Source: Escherichia phage vB_EcoM_REC
Sequence record: OM386667.1
Strand: one strand, 5' to 3'
Length of the DNA: 64,000 nt
Shown in pieces: positions 1-9,621 of the stretch (within the stretch, counting starts at the first letter, position 1; each line of letters begins with the position of its first letter). Under the pieces are notes generated by a model. It saw only the letters and a list, made by a program, of their open reading frames with translations, ran no database searches and was not told the DNA's origin. A program made the translations under genes and the position numbers.

Positions 1-27
1 ACATTACCGACAGAATAAGGGATCACT

Positions 28-363
28 ATGGAATTTCAAGAAGCATGGGGACTTGCAAAGGATGCAATAATCCCTTTAATCGGAGTCATCTGGTTCTTTT
101 TCAAACAAAAAATGGATAAATTCGGCTCTGATCTTGAGGAAATGGAGGAGAAAAGTCGAGAGCTAGAGAAGAAGTTGGTCTTTGTTGAATCAACTTATGC
201 AACTAAAGCCGAACTTACCCAGATGCTAAATCAAATTAACTCTACATTAATGGCAAATAATAACACTCTTGAGCAAAAAATTGAAAAGATTATGGACCTC
301 AAGAATGCGACTATCCAAATGATGCTAGATGACATAGTTAAACGTACACAGAATAAGGGGTAA
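28..363 (+). CDS. hypothetical protein, N-terminal hydrophobic segment plus coiled-coil
   Basis: 111 aa ORF ending 4 bp before the tail-fibre gene; hydrophobic N-terminus (IIPLIGVIWFFF) then charged heptad-like region. Confidence 0.4.
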   Translation: MEFQEAWGLAKDAIIPLIGVIWFFFKQKMDKFGSDLEEMEEKSRELEKKLVFVESTYATKAELTQMLNQINSTLMANNNTLEQKIEKIMDLKNATIQMMLDDIVKRTQNKG

Positions 364-366
364 TTA

Positions 367-3300
367 ATGGCAACATTCCCAACATATCCAGCAACGTCTC
401 TCGAACAGGGCGTAGACCTGGTTATTTTCTCATCTAACCAACTCCATGATGTTATTAATGGAAGTGCTACAGAGAGTATTGAAACAGAATCAGGGTTGAT
501 ACCAACCCTGAGAAAATCCCTTGTTGACAACTTTTTCTTTAAAAGCCCATTGGATTGGGCGCAAGGCACAAACGAAACAGTTTTTAACCAACTACGTTAT
601 TTTCAGAATGGGGTATTGAGCGGTTATTATTATGCTCCTAATGCTACATTGGTAAACCCAATTCCTATGCAAGGGACTCCAGTAGGAGATAACAACTGGG
701 TATTGTGGGGACTGAAGACAGAACAACTAGCAACAGAAGTCACCCCTTGGGTATATTCTGGTGCAACTGGTTATGAAACAGTAATCAGTCCTCCCTACAT
801 CTTTGATAGTGCTATTGTTACAATCAATGGTGTTATTCAGGTTCTGGGAGAAGCTTTCCGCATAGAAGATAGTAAAATCATTTTATCTGAACCTTTGGGA
901 CATGATCCTGCAACAGGACTGCCAAACAAGCTTTTTGCCTATATTGGTAAAATCGTAGCTTCCGCAGATACAGATCCTAACTTAGAAAACCGTCTTGTCA
1001 GTTTAGAAACAAAAACTGAAGAACTGACAGAAAACATGGATAAAGTACCTTTACAAACTATTGCTCGTAAATACGGTTTGTTGGATGACGAAGTAGCTTA
1101 CGCAACAGCGGGTCAATCATTAACAGGGATTAAAGCTCTGTATGATCCGGTAGCACAATCTTCCTACACATTGCCTCCTAACATCACAGGGACTTTAACA
1201 TCTTTGTCTGTTTCTGGAGTAATGACTTATTCTGGCGGATCTGTAGATCTTTCTGCATTAGCTGTTGAACGTGGACAGTTTGTTCATTTGCCTACAAGCT
1301 TTGGTAATAATGTAACTCTGACAGCTAAAAATCAGACGATTGGGCGTGGCGCTGGTCGCTATCGTTGGGCGGGAAGTTTACCAAAAAGTATTTTAGCTTC
1401 TGATACATTGGAAACAAGTGGTGGATTAGGTCCAAATGCATGGGTTCTAACTAATACAGAAGGACTGTTAACCCCTCGTGGTGGAACATACAACGATTTA
1501 TTCGATGTTGTCCGCTTATCAGAATTTGCTAACAATACAACTACCTATACCACACCAGAAGCAGCTTTCCAGGCGGCACTGTTAGCAGCAAAAGCTTCGA
1601 AAAGTAAGATTCTCGACGCTTACGGTTGTGATATGACTTTCACGACAAGCTCTTTTGATATTCAAGATATCACTTTGCGTGGGGGTGTGTTCCGTGGTCA
1701 ACGCGATTATCGTGTGCAAAATGCTACAGTAGAAGGCACAACTTTCCGTAACTCTCGTGTTATGTATTGGGGTGGTGCTGTGCGCATGTTCGATTGTTTG
1801 TGGGACGGTGCTCCTCGCGCAGGTCAAGTTGGTAGCTTGGTATTCCAAGGAAACCCAATATCAGGTACTTTTGAAATTGATAATTGTACTTTTAAAAACG
1901 GGTTATATGGCATCCTTCAACAAGGAACAGGGGAACCAGTAACACGCGGTGTCTTCCGTAACCTTACCTTCATGGACATGCAAGGTGATGCAATAGAACT
2001 GAACGTCATCAATAAACATTATGATGATGGTTGTGTGATTGAGAATATTTACCTGTCTAATATTGATGGGACTAACGCTCCTATTCCTCTGTCCAACTGG
2101 GGTATCGGTATTGGTGTGGCTGGTAAAGGACCATATGGTTACGGAATTCCTGATGATCAATATTGCAAGAATATTACAATTCGTAACGTTTTTGCAAAAC
2201 GTTGTCGTCAGATTGTCCACGTAGAAGTTGGTCGTAATATTTCTATCGAAAACATTCATGGCGATCCAGATCAAACTGTATCTGTTGGGACAGGTTTGGC
2301 AACTGGCGCAGTTGTAATGTATGGAAGTAAAGATTTTACGATTGATGGTGTTTACGGAGAGCCTAAAACAGACGGTAGCACACTTGCAAGTAATATCCGT
2401 ATGATTTATTTGGAGTGGGGAACTAACGCAGTTCTGGATGAAGAGGGCAATCCGGTAGTTCCGGCACAGGGCAGACCTTCAAACCCATGCTTTAACTATT
2501 CTGTTCGTAACATTCACACCAAAACTGGGCGTGTTTTTGCAGGAGTTTCCGCTGGGCCAGGTTATGAAAACAGAGTCAGCTTTGAGAATATCCATTGTGC
2601 TGCGTTGCAGTTGTTCGGTGTAGCTTCTTGGCTTTCAATGTCTAACATCACCTGTAATATCTTTGATTGTGTTGGTCAACCTGAATCTGGTCCAGGGACA
2701 TTTTATGATGGATTCTTCCGTAGAGAAAAATCTGTTCTTGAGATGGTTAACGTAAACTGTTACCCAGATGGCAAGACTATGGTTACTGGTCGCCCACAGT
2801 GGAGCCGTTGCCGTTACTCTGATATTCATCGTGTCAACTGTAATGTTGAAGCTAATATGTATACCAATATCGCAGGTGGTATTGGAGCTATTGTAGGGAC
2901 AACTGGCAAAGTTTATTACTTAGAGCCTAACCCTAGCCGAAACATTGATGGGATGCATTTCCCAACAGGGAAGGAGTTTGACAAAGGGGATATGATAGTC
3001 AAAGCGGATAATACGTTCTTCCTTGTAACAACAAGTGGGGCATACATTCCAGATATCCCAGCTTTCGGTATTCGAGCTACACAAGCAGGAGATACCTTCC
3101 TGACACAGAACTTGACTCCTAATGGGACAGCAACAAACGCTTCTTGGTTGTATCACTATCCTCTGTCAGCAGGAACACGTATCCGTATTCCTGGTGCTGG
3201 TGTAGGTGGAGCAGATTTGGACACAGTTATTACTCGTGCACCTTATCAAGATAATGATACGTGGACTAACCCAGTTAAAATAGACATTGCAGATCCAATT

Positions 3301-3420
3301 GTAACGCCTACGAGTGCTGGAGTTAGAATCAAAACCATACCTAACGATTCTAGTAATGTTTCTGTAGGTAATACTGCGGTTATTCGCCCAACACCAGTGG
3401 TAGATGTGCCAACAACCTAA
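367..3420 (+). CDS. tail fibre / tailspike-like protein with predicted parallel beta-helix domain
   Basis: 1017 aa ORF; central region rich in short N-x-T/S/I turns (NITIRNVF, NISIENIHG, NCTFKNG) typical of right-handed beta-helix depolymerase-type tailspikes; heads a fibre gene cluster. Confidence 0.5.
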   Translation: MATFPTYPATSLEQGVDLVIFSSNQLHDVINGSATESIETESGLIPTLRKSLVDNFFFKSPLDWAQGTNETVFNQLRYFQNGVLSGYYYAPNATLVNPIPMQGTPVGDNNWVLWGLKTEQLATEVTPWVYSGATGYETVISPPYIFDSAIVTINGVIQVLGEAFRIEDSKIILSEPLGHDPATGLPNKLFAYIGKIVASADTDPNLENRLVSLETKTEELTENMDKVPLQTIARKYGLLDDEVAYATAGQSLTGIKALYDPVAQSSYTLPPNITGTLTSLSVSGVMTYSGGSVDLSALAVERGQFVHLPTSFGNNVTLTAKNQTIGRGAGRYRWAGSLPKSILASDTLETSGGLGPNAWVLTNTEGLLTPRGGTYNDLFDVVRLSEFANNTTTYTTPEAAFQAALLAAKASKSKILDAYGCDMTFTTSSFDIQDITLRGGVFRGQRDYRVQNATVEGTTFRNSRVMYWGGAVRMFDCLWDGAPRAGQVGSLVFQGNPISGTFEIDNCTFKNGLYGILQQGTGEPVTRGVFRNLTFMDMQGDAIELNVINKHYDDGCVIENIYLSNIDGTNAPIPLSNWGIGIGVAGKGPYGYGIPDDQYCKNITIRNVFAKRCRQIVHVEVGRNISIENIHGDPDQTVSVGTGLATGAVVMYGSKDFTIDGVYGEPKTDGSTLASNIRMIYLEWGTNAVLDEEGNPVVPAQGRPSNPCFNYSVRNIHTKTGRVFAGVSAGPGYENRVSFENIHCAALQLFGVASWLSMSNITCNIFDCVGQPESGPGTFYDGFFRREKSVLEMVNVNCYPDGKTMVTGRPQWSRCRYSDIHRVNCNVEANMYTNIAGGIGAIVGTTGKVYYLEPNPSRNIDGMHFPTGKEFDKGDMIVKADNTFFLVTTSGAYIPDIPAFGIRATQAGDTFLTQNLTPNGTATNASWLYHYPLSAGTRIRIPGAGVGGADLDTVITRAPYQDNDTWTNPVKIDIADPIVTPTSAGVRIKTIPNDSSNVSVGNTAVIRPTPVVDVPTT

Positions 3421-3484
3421 TGGAAATAGAGAGGGGGATTCCCCCTCTTCTTCCAATAGAATGGTCTAATAATAGGAGAGATAA

Positions 3485-5509
3485 ATGAATTTAACAAGAC
3501 CTAATAGTGCGATAGCCGATCTAGTAGAAGCTACTTATCGAAAACGTCGCAGTTTTGAGGCAGGTTTTACATTACGTAATTCCCGTGAAGTTTTGCTGTT
3601 AGCGGCAGAAGGGAATTATTACCAATGGAAAGGAACTTTTCCTAAAGTAGTTCCAGCAAACTCTACGCCAGCCACCACAGGTGGTATTTCTTCCCTTGCA
3701 TGGCAAAGTGTTGGGACCGCTGATGATATAGCAATTATCAATGCCAAGTTTACGGCAATGCAGCAACAGATTGATGATCTGTCGGAAACAATACCTGAAG
3801 CTGGTAAATCGGCTTATCAGATCGCACTTGATAATGGTTTTGTTGGAACAGAAGCACAATGGCTTGCTTCTTTGAAAGGGGATACTGGTGCTCAACTTAA
3901 TATTAAAGGATCATTAGCAAGCACTAGTGAACTACCATCTACAGGTAACGTAGCAGGTGATGGTTATATTGTAGGAGATGTAATCTACGCTTGGGATGGG
4001 GCTGTTTGGAAACTTATCTCTTCTCTTGGGCCAGAAGGGAAATCAGCTTACGAGGTATGGTTAGCAGATGGTAATACAGGATCTGTTTATGACTTTCTTG
4101 CCTCTATAAAAGGTGATAAAGGAGACGTTGGTCCTACAGGTCCACAGGGTGCACCTGGTGTCAACGCTAATGGTTTTGATTACCGTGGAGATTTGCCTTC
4201 TACAAGTAACTTACCACAACCTAACTCTGAAAACGTAAGCCAAGCTTATTCTATTAATGGTAATCTTTATGTCTCTAATGGGACAGCTTGGGTCAACATG
4301 GGTAATATTGTTGGTCCTCAAGGTCCACAAGGTGAGGCAGGTAAAGACGGTCTAGATGGAACAGATGGAGACGAAGGGAAATCTGCATATCAAAGTTGGC
4401 TGGATGCTGGTAATGAAGGGACAGAAGTAGATTTTATTGCCTCACTTAAAGGTCCAAAAGGAGACAAGGGTGATCAAGGAGAGCGAGGTCCACAAGGTGA
4501 ACTAGGTCCACAAGGATCAGTGGGTGCAACAGGATCAGGTTTAGAGATTATCGGGGTTCTGAACAGCGAAGCTGAACTTCCTCCTACTGGAGAAGTAGGT
4601 GATGCATATAAAATTAATAATGATTTGTATGTTTGGGTTCAAGATGCTACAGAATGGATGAATGTAGGCAGTCTTGGAGGAACATCAATTACAGCTAAAG
4701 GTCATGTTCCGAACAGTGAAGCTCTCCCTGTTTATAATAACTACGGTGATGCCTATTTAACTGAAGACACTAGTAATCTTTACATCTATACCTACGATCA
4801 AGACACCAATTCCGCATCTTTTGTTGACATGGGAAGTATTAAAGGCGACAAAGGTGAAAAAGGGGATAAAGGAGATAAGGGTGATCCTGGAACAAACGGA
4901 ACCAACGGTACTGATGGGACCAACGGTAAGGACGGCGCACAGTGGTTTGTAGCAACAACTAATCCAGTCACAGGAGACGGTGTTATCAATGATTACGCCT
5001 TCAATACTACCACTGGAGCAGTATTTAAGAAAACAGATTCTTCTACGTGGACACTTATAGGAACTCTTCCTAGTATACCAGAAGCCCCTCAAGACGGCTT
5101 GACGTATGGTCGTTCTGATGGAAACTGGATCGAAATATCAGGATCAGATCCTACGGAAGCTATAACACCAACTAGAGTTACAGCAGGTTTCATGGAACTT
5201 GAAACAACTACTGCCAACTCTGGAGCATCTTGGACTCCTTCTGGAACTTCCAATATGTATGTTGTTACAGTAACTGACGCTCTGACAGTTGGAGCATGGC
5301 CTGGTGTCACTGGCTCTACAAAACCTAAAGCGTTTTCAGCAATGATTTATTTGATTCAAGATACAACGGGACACACGGTTACACTAGATGCGTCTTATGG
5401 AGCACTAAATGATACAGAAATAGCAACTACTGCTAACGCAGTAACAATTTTGCAATTAACGTATCCTGGTGTGGGTGATATCGTGGACATGGTTGTTGTA
5501 ACACGATAA
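3485..5509 (+). CDS. collagen-like tail fibre protein with phage-fibre repeats
   Basis: 674 aa; several G-X-Y runs (GPTGPQGAPG, GPQGPQGEAGKDGLDGTDGDEG, GDKGEKGDKGDKGDPGTNGTNGTDG); three copies of EGKSAYxxWLxxGNxGxxxDFxASxKG motif; terminator follows. Confidence 0.65.
   Translation: MNLTRPNSAIADLVEATYRKRRSFEAGFTLRNSREVLLLAAEGNYYQWKGTFPKVVPANSTPATTGGISSLAWQSVGTADDIAIINAKFTAMQQQIDDLSETIPEAGKSAYQIALDNGFVGTEAQWLASLKGDTGAQLNIKGSLASTSELPSTGNVAGDGYIVGDVIYAWDGAVWKLISSLGPEGKSAYEVWLADGNTGSVYDFLASIKGDKGDVGPTGPQGAPGVNANGFDYRGDLPSTSNLPQPNSENVSQAYSINGNLYVSNGTAWVNMGNIVGPQGPQGEAGKDGLDGTDGDEGKSAYQSWLDAGNEGTEVDFIASLKGPKGDKGDQGERGPQGELGPQGSVGATGSGLEIIGVLNSEAELPPTGEVGDAYKINNDLYVWVQDATEWMNVGSLGGTSITAKGHVPNSEALPVYNNYGDAYLTEDTSNLYIYTYDQDTNSASFVDMGSIKGDKGEKGDKGDKGDPGTNGTNGTDGTNGKDGAQWFVATTNPVTGDGVINDYAFNTTTGAVFKKTDSSTWTLIGTLPSIPEAPQDGLTYGRSDGNWIEISGSDPTEAITPTRVTAGFMELETTTANSGASWTPSGTSNMYVVTVTDALTVGAWPGVTGSTKPKAFSAMIYLIQDTTGHTVTLDASYGALNDTEIATTANAVTILQLTYPGVGDIVDMVVVTR
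3780..4480 (+). repeat. three in-frame protein repeats (GKSAY..WL..GN.G....F.AS.KG) inside the fibre gene
   Basis: AGKSAYQIALDNGFVGTEAQWLASLKGDTG / EGKSAYEVWLADGNTGSVYDFLASIKGDKGD / EGKSAYQSWLDAGNEGTEVDFIASLKGPKGDKGD read in the translation; coordinates approximate. Confidence 0.6.
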
Positions 5510-5512
5510 CAG

Positions 5513-5537
5513 AAGCCCCGAAAGGGGCTTTCTTTTT
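5513..5537 (+). terminator. rho-independent terminator
   Basis: AAGCCCC-gaaa-GGGGCTT hairpin followed by TCTTTTT, directly after the stop at 5509. Confidence 0.7.
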
Positions 5538-5550
5538 ATGGAGGGTTTAA

Positions 5551-8223
5551 ATGTTTCCAATTCCAATATTTACTATTATGACCAGCACTGGTGTCGTTCC
5601 TCTGCCAGCAGGTATTGTTAAAAAAGTAATCACTCTAGATTACCCAGATAATGCTGGCAATTCTAATAGCAGTTTAGCAATTTTGCTTAATGATGGTAGA
5701 TTGTTTACTCAAGGCGCAAACCTTTTTGGTGAGATTGCAGATGGAACTCGTAGTGCACGATTCAATAATTTCCACTTAGCTTCTACTGTAGTAGCGGATG
5801 TGTTTACCGCAGATCGTTGTTTTGTTATTAAAACTAACAGTGGGGGATGGCAATATTCAGGATTGACAGCAGGGTTGGTAGGATCTATAGCAGCAGGTGG
5901 TACGGATGCATGTGTAACTACTTGGACCAGCTTTCCATCTGTAATAACAGGGACTATCTCTTTAGCCAATCTTAAAGAGGTTAAGGGAGGATATAACAAC
6001 ACTCTCTGGTTGATGAATAGTGGTGTTCTTTATGGATCAGGTCAAAACACAGTAGGCAGTTTAGGTGCAAGTACTACTAACGAAGTTTCTACTCCTCGTC
6101 AGATAACAAGTGCAGCAGTTGCTTTTGATGCAGGTTACAACCAATGCTCTTATGTCAACAATGTGGGAACCTTGCGTGTTTGTGGGGCTAGTAAAGGTTT
6201 AGCAGGTAATAATAACACAACAACAGCTTTTGTCAATGCCAAGATATCCGCTACTGAAACAGTGTATGTCAAAGATTACATCAATACAGTTTCCCAGACA
6301 ATAGTTGTAGGAGATACCTCCGGTGGCACGGGTACAGTAAACTACTTATATGTTAGATCTAATACAGAAACAACCTACACTAAACTGGACACCTTTGCAG
6401 CAGGTTTCTCAACATGGAAATTTCCACCAAGCCGCCACTCTTTTTTCGTTGGGATCAATAATTCCTTGTGGGCTATTGGTAAGAACTACACTGCAAACTT
6501 AGGTTTGGGGTATGATTCTGCGAGCGGAGATCCACTCCAAGTGGGAAAACCAGTTAAACCTGAAGGAGTGGGTTCCTGGGATATAAACAAGCTCACAAGC
6601 GTTCATACACTGAATATGGATGTTACTAACCAATTAGGTTATCAAGGAACCTTTTTCGTTTATAATGGAGATATGTATTATTCAGGTATTTGGAAAGATG
6701 GGAAAGCCTCGTATCTGTTCAATAGTGGTCTAAACTATAATAAATTCACACCAATAGCAAGCTCCGTGATTACAGGGGATGTTCTGGCAACTGGCTTAAC
6801 TACAGATTCTTTAGGAATTTGTATTGTAGGTGGAACTAAACAGTTGACACATTCTGTTAGCCCAGAAGGAGGTAAACTTTTCAATATTAAATACACTTCT
6901 TCTGCCCCTGCAAACATGACAATATCATCTACTGGTTTAATGACTTTCCATGCAGAAGGTGGTTTTGATGCAGGTATGACAGCCTTAAACGCTGAAGGAA
7001 CAATTTTATCAGATACCTCTGGAGGATATGCTTCAACATTGAGTGTTTACACCCCTAGCTTATCTGCGATGGATGTAGGAACAACACAAACAATGGTAGC
7101 AGAAATAACACCAACAGGAGCAGCAAGCTTACCTGATATGGTTGTTGAGTATACAACTACAGATCCTAATGTTGCTACAGTAGATCCTACAACTGGTGTA
7201 ATAACTGGTGTTGGTGATGGTGGTTGTAGGATTGGTTGCACAGCTACGTATCAAGGTGTTGTTACCGCTTCTGATAGTTCTTATTTAACGGTGAATGCTG
7301 TTGCGGGAAAGGAGTTAGCTCCATCTCCGAGTAGTAGTTTAACGGTTCTAAACGGATATTTCAACCACTCGGCAGATGGGGCAATTACGTTCCCAACTTT
7401 ATCGGGTACTGTTACACCAGCTAACTTTGTAGTTAAGGTGGATGACGTTGTAGTTCCTTCAAGTAAAGTAATATTTAGAAACAAAGCTTTCTCTACAGTG
7501 GATAGTTATCCAGCAGGAGAATATAGACTGGCTATTGAATTTGCAAGTGCTTCAGTAGTTAATAGTGTGGAAGTGTCTATGGAAGCAAACCCAAGTCTTT
7601 TAGAACTTTGGGGCGGTAATAGAATCAGTTATTCTACAAGCCCAGCCTCACAATTCTTAAAAGGTTGTGCTAACTTAAGACGAATAACTTCTGATTGTTT
7701 TAGTAACACATCTTACACCGGAACATCTATAAGCGGTATCTTCTCTGGCTGCACAAGTTTGACAGCTATCCCTGAAGGATTATTCAGTGATGCTTTATTT
7801 CCTTCAATGACAACAATGTCAAGCACGTTTGAAGGTTGTACATCTTTAACATCTATTCCTTCAGATTTATTTAAGAATCTGTCAAAAGTTACAAGATATT
7901 CTTACACCTTTAAAGATTGCACCTCTCTTGCAGAAGTTCCAGCAGGAATGTTTGATAATATTCCAACGAAAGTGACCTCTTTAACAGCTACATTCCAAGG
8001 TTGTTTAGGACTTACAGATTTTAATAAGATCTTTAATGACAACCCAGGGTTAACTGTTTGTGGTAAACGTGGAGCATTATCTTCTTTCTTTAGTGGATGC
8101 ACAAATCTTACAGGAACAGGAACAACATTAACAAATACATTAGGCGGAGTAGCTAATAGTTACCTATTCAGGTATTGCACAAAACTTTCTGATTATAACA
8201 ACATTCCTTCCGGTTATAAATAA
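5551..8223 (+). CDS. tail fibre / adhesin-like protein with Ig-like (Big_2-type) segment and C-terminal BspA-type leucine-rich repeats
   Basis: 890 aa; segment DVGTTQTMVAEITPTGAASLPDMVVEYTTTDPNVATVDPTTGVITGVGDGG resembles bacterial Ig-like domains; C-terminus has repeated F.GCTSLT.IP..LF units. Confidence 0.5.
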   Translation: MFPIPIFTIMTSTGVVPLPAGIVKKVITLDYPDNAGNSNSSLAILLNDGRLFTQGANLFGEIADGTRSARFNNFHLASTVVADVFTADRCFVIKTNSGGWQYSGLTAGLVGSIAAGGTDACVTTWTSFPSVITGTISLANLKEVKGGYNNTLWLMNSGVLYGSGQNTVGSLGASTTNEVSTPRQITSAAVAFDAGYNQCSYVNNVGTLRVCGASKGLAGNNNTTTAFVNAKISATETVYVKDYINTVSQTIVVGDTSGGTGTVNYLYVRSNTETTYTKLDTFAAGFSTWKFPPSRHSFFVGINNSLWAIGKNYTANLGLGYDSASGDPLQVGKPVKPEGVGSWDINKLTSVHTLNMDVTNQLGYQGTFFVYNGDMYYSGIWKDGKASYLFNSGLNYNKFTPIASSVITGDVLATGLTTDSLGICIVGGTKQLTHSVSPEGGKLFNIKYTSSAPANMTISSTGLMTFHAEGGFDAGMTALNAEGTILSDTSGGYASTLSVYTPSLSAMDVGTTQTMVAEITPTGAASLPDMVVEYTTTDPNVATVDPTTGVITGVGDGGCRIGCTATYQGVVTASDSSYLTVNAVAGKELAPSPSSSLTVLNGYFNHSADGAITFPTLSGTVTPANFVVKVDDVVVPSSKVIFRNKAFSTVDSYPAGEYRLAIEFASASVVNSVEVSMEANPSLLELWGGNRISYSTSPASQFLKGCANLRRITSDCFSNTSYTGTSISGIFSGCTSLTAIPEGLFSDALFPSMTTMSSTFEGCTSLTSIPSDLFKNLSKVTRYSYTFKDCTSLAEVPAGMFDNIPTKVTSLTATFQGCLGLTDFNKIFNDNPGLTVCGKRGALSSFFSGCTNLTGTGTTLTNTLGGVANSYLFRYCTKLSDYNNIPSGYK

Positions 8224-8225
8224 GA

Positions 8226-8252
8226 AAAGGAGCCATTTGGCTCCTTTCTTTT
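8226..8252. terminator. bidirectional rho-independent terminator between convergent gene blocks
   Basis: AAAAGGAGCC-attt-GGCTCCTTTT, 9-bp stem flanked by A-run upstream and T-run downstream; lies between plus-strand stop (8223) and minus-strand stop (8280). Confidence 0.7.
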
Positions 8253-8279
8253 ATAAAAACTCTTTATAAATCAATAAGA

Positions 8280-9167
8280 TCAGAACGGAATATCATCATC
8301 GAAGTCCATCGGAGGTTCTTCTTGATTACTTGGAGTTGGTTCTGGTTGTGGTTCAGGCTTTTTAACTTCTTTCTTCTCTTCTTTCTTAGGTTGTTCTGCG
8401 GAACCACGAATGGCAGCAGCAACTTTATCAGACAGAGCCAGAACTTTACGAGCAGAATCAATCAGATCTTCTACAGATACAGTCTTAATGGTATGGTCTT
8501 TACAAGCATTAAGGATAGCGTGACCAACAGATGCCCCAAGATCATAATCATTAATATCAACGCCACGAGATTCAGCAATTTCAGATTTCAGCGTGACAGT
8601 TGCAGATTGAACAACCCCAGCGATATCGAAAGCATCGCCTTTAACACCATTACGAATCAGTTCCAGTGCACCATTTACTGCGTGACCAGTTTCCAGACCT
8701 ACAGTATCACGTTTTTTATAGGACTGTTTAGGAGCAGCATCGTTGGAACCTTTATTGCCAGAAGATTTGTTAGACTTCTGAACACCATCGGTAGACAATA
8801 CTGTAATACGAGATTTTTTAGTATTGTAGTAAGTTTTACCGCCTTTATTATCAACGCGATCAATATCAATACTTACTTCTACACCTTTTTCAATAGTGAT
8901 CCAGTTATCACCTTCTTTGACTTGCAGGTTTTCATAACCTTCTTTCAGTTCAATGTCACCAAGAGAAATCCAAACACCTTTCTCCTCTGGTTTAGCACCT
9001 TTCTCTTTCAGAACAAGAGAAGCTCGGTGAGTTGAAACAATCGTTTTTCCTTCCCAATGAAAAGTTTTAGGTTCAGCGAATTTATCCAGTTTAACGTAGT
9101 CTACGATACCAGTTGCATAAGTTACGGTTTTGCCTTTACGATCAGTTTCAGTATTAATTACGGACAT
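8280..9167 (-). CDS. single-stranded DNA-binding protein-like, with proline-rich linker and acidic C-terminal tip
   Basis: 295 aa; C-terminus ...KPEPQPEPTPSNQEEPPMDFDDDIPF is identical in its last residues to the E. coli SSB tip motif; N-terminal part is not a canonical E. coli-type OB sequence. Confidence 0.55.
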   Translation of the reverse strand: MSVINTETDRKGKTVTYATGIVDYVKLDKFAEPKTFHWEGKTIVSTHRASLVLKEKGAKPEEKGVWISLGDIELKEGYENLQVKEGDNWITIEKGVEVSIDIDRVDNKGGKTYYNTKKSRITVLSTDGVQKSNKSSGNKGSNDAAPKQSYKKRDTVGLETGHAVNGALELIRNGVKGDAFDIAGVVQSATVTLKSEIAESRGVDINDYDLGASVGHAILNACKDHTIKTVSVEDLIDSARKVLALSDKVAAAIRGSAEQPKKEEKKEVKKPEPQPEPTPSNQEEPPMDFDDDIPF

Positions 9168-9183
9168 TATTATCTCCTCTATA

Positions 9184-9576
9184 TTACATTAATTTTGCAC
9201 AGAAAGAGCGGAGTCTTTCCATATCATCTTGCTCTAACAGGTATTTACCTTTACCTATTCCAACTCCAATTTCACCGTTAGGGAAATGAACTATTTGCAC
9301 TGGAAAACCTCCGAGTTTAATTGTGGCAGCTTTGCCTTCTTCGTCTATAACGTTTCGGATTGTATCTTGCAGTGAAATGAATTCTTTGTTTGTAACAGTG
9401 GCTTCAATTATTTCAGAGGTTTCAACACGAGCCGTTAGCTTCTTGTCTCCACCTTGAATAATCAAAATTTGAAAATAAAAAGAGTTGTCAAGACCTACAA
9501 CATTTTTCTCAACTAGTGTCAAACTGGTATAATTTCCATAAACAGTTTCAACAGCTATTTTAGAACGTTCAGTCAT
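9184..9576 (-). CDS. hypothetical protein
   Basis: 130 aa ORF in the co-directional replication block, tight spacing to neighbours. Confidence 0.4.
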   Translation of the reverse strand: MTERSKIAVETVYGNYTSLTLVEKNVVGLDNSFYFQILIIQGGDKKLTARVETSEIIEATVTNKEFISLQDTIRNVIDEEGKAATIKLGGFPVQIVHFPNGEIGVGIGKGKYLLEQDDMERLRSFCAKLM

Positions 9577-9621
9577 TGAATGCTATCCTATCATAAAATG
9601 TTTAATATTGTCAAGCTTTAA

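Noticed and set aside
3485-5509. Collagen-like G-X-Y repeats as a sign of eukaryotic contamination
   Set aside because: The repeats are short, embedded in an ORF with phage-fibre repeat motifs, and flanked by phage genes and a bacterial-type terminator.
367-8223. Numerous ORFs of 60-120 aa nested inside or antisense to the large fibre genes (for example 1582-1848, 1903-2274, 3599-3895, 4757-5092, 5709-6002)
   Set aside because: They lie wholly within long ORFs with clear domain content, lack RBS context and are the expected frame noise in a 3-kb gene.
8322-9035. Plus-strand ORF of 237 aa antisense to the SSB-like gene
   Set aside because: Low-complexity F/L/N-rich translation typical of reading an AT-rich gene backwards; the minus-strand ORF has the recognisable SSB tip and operon context.
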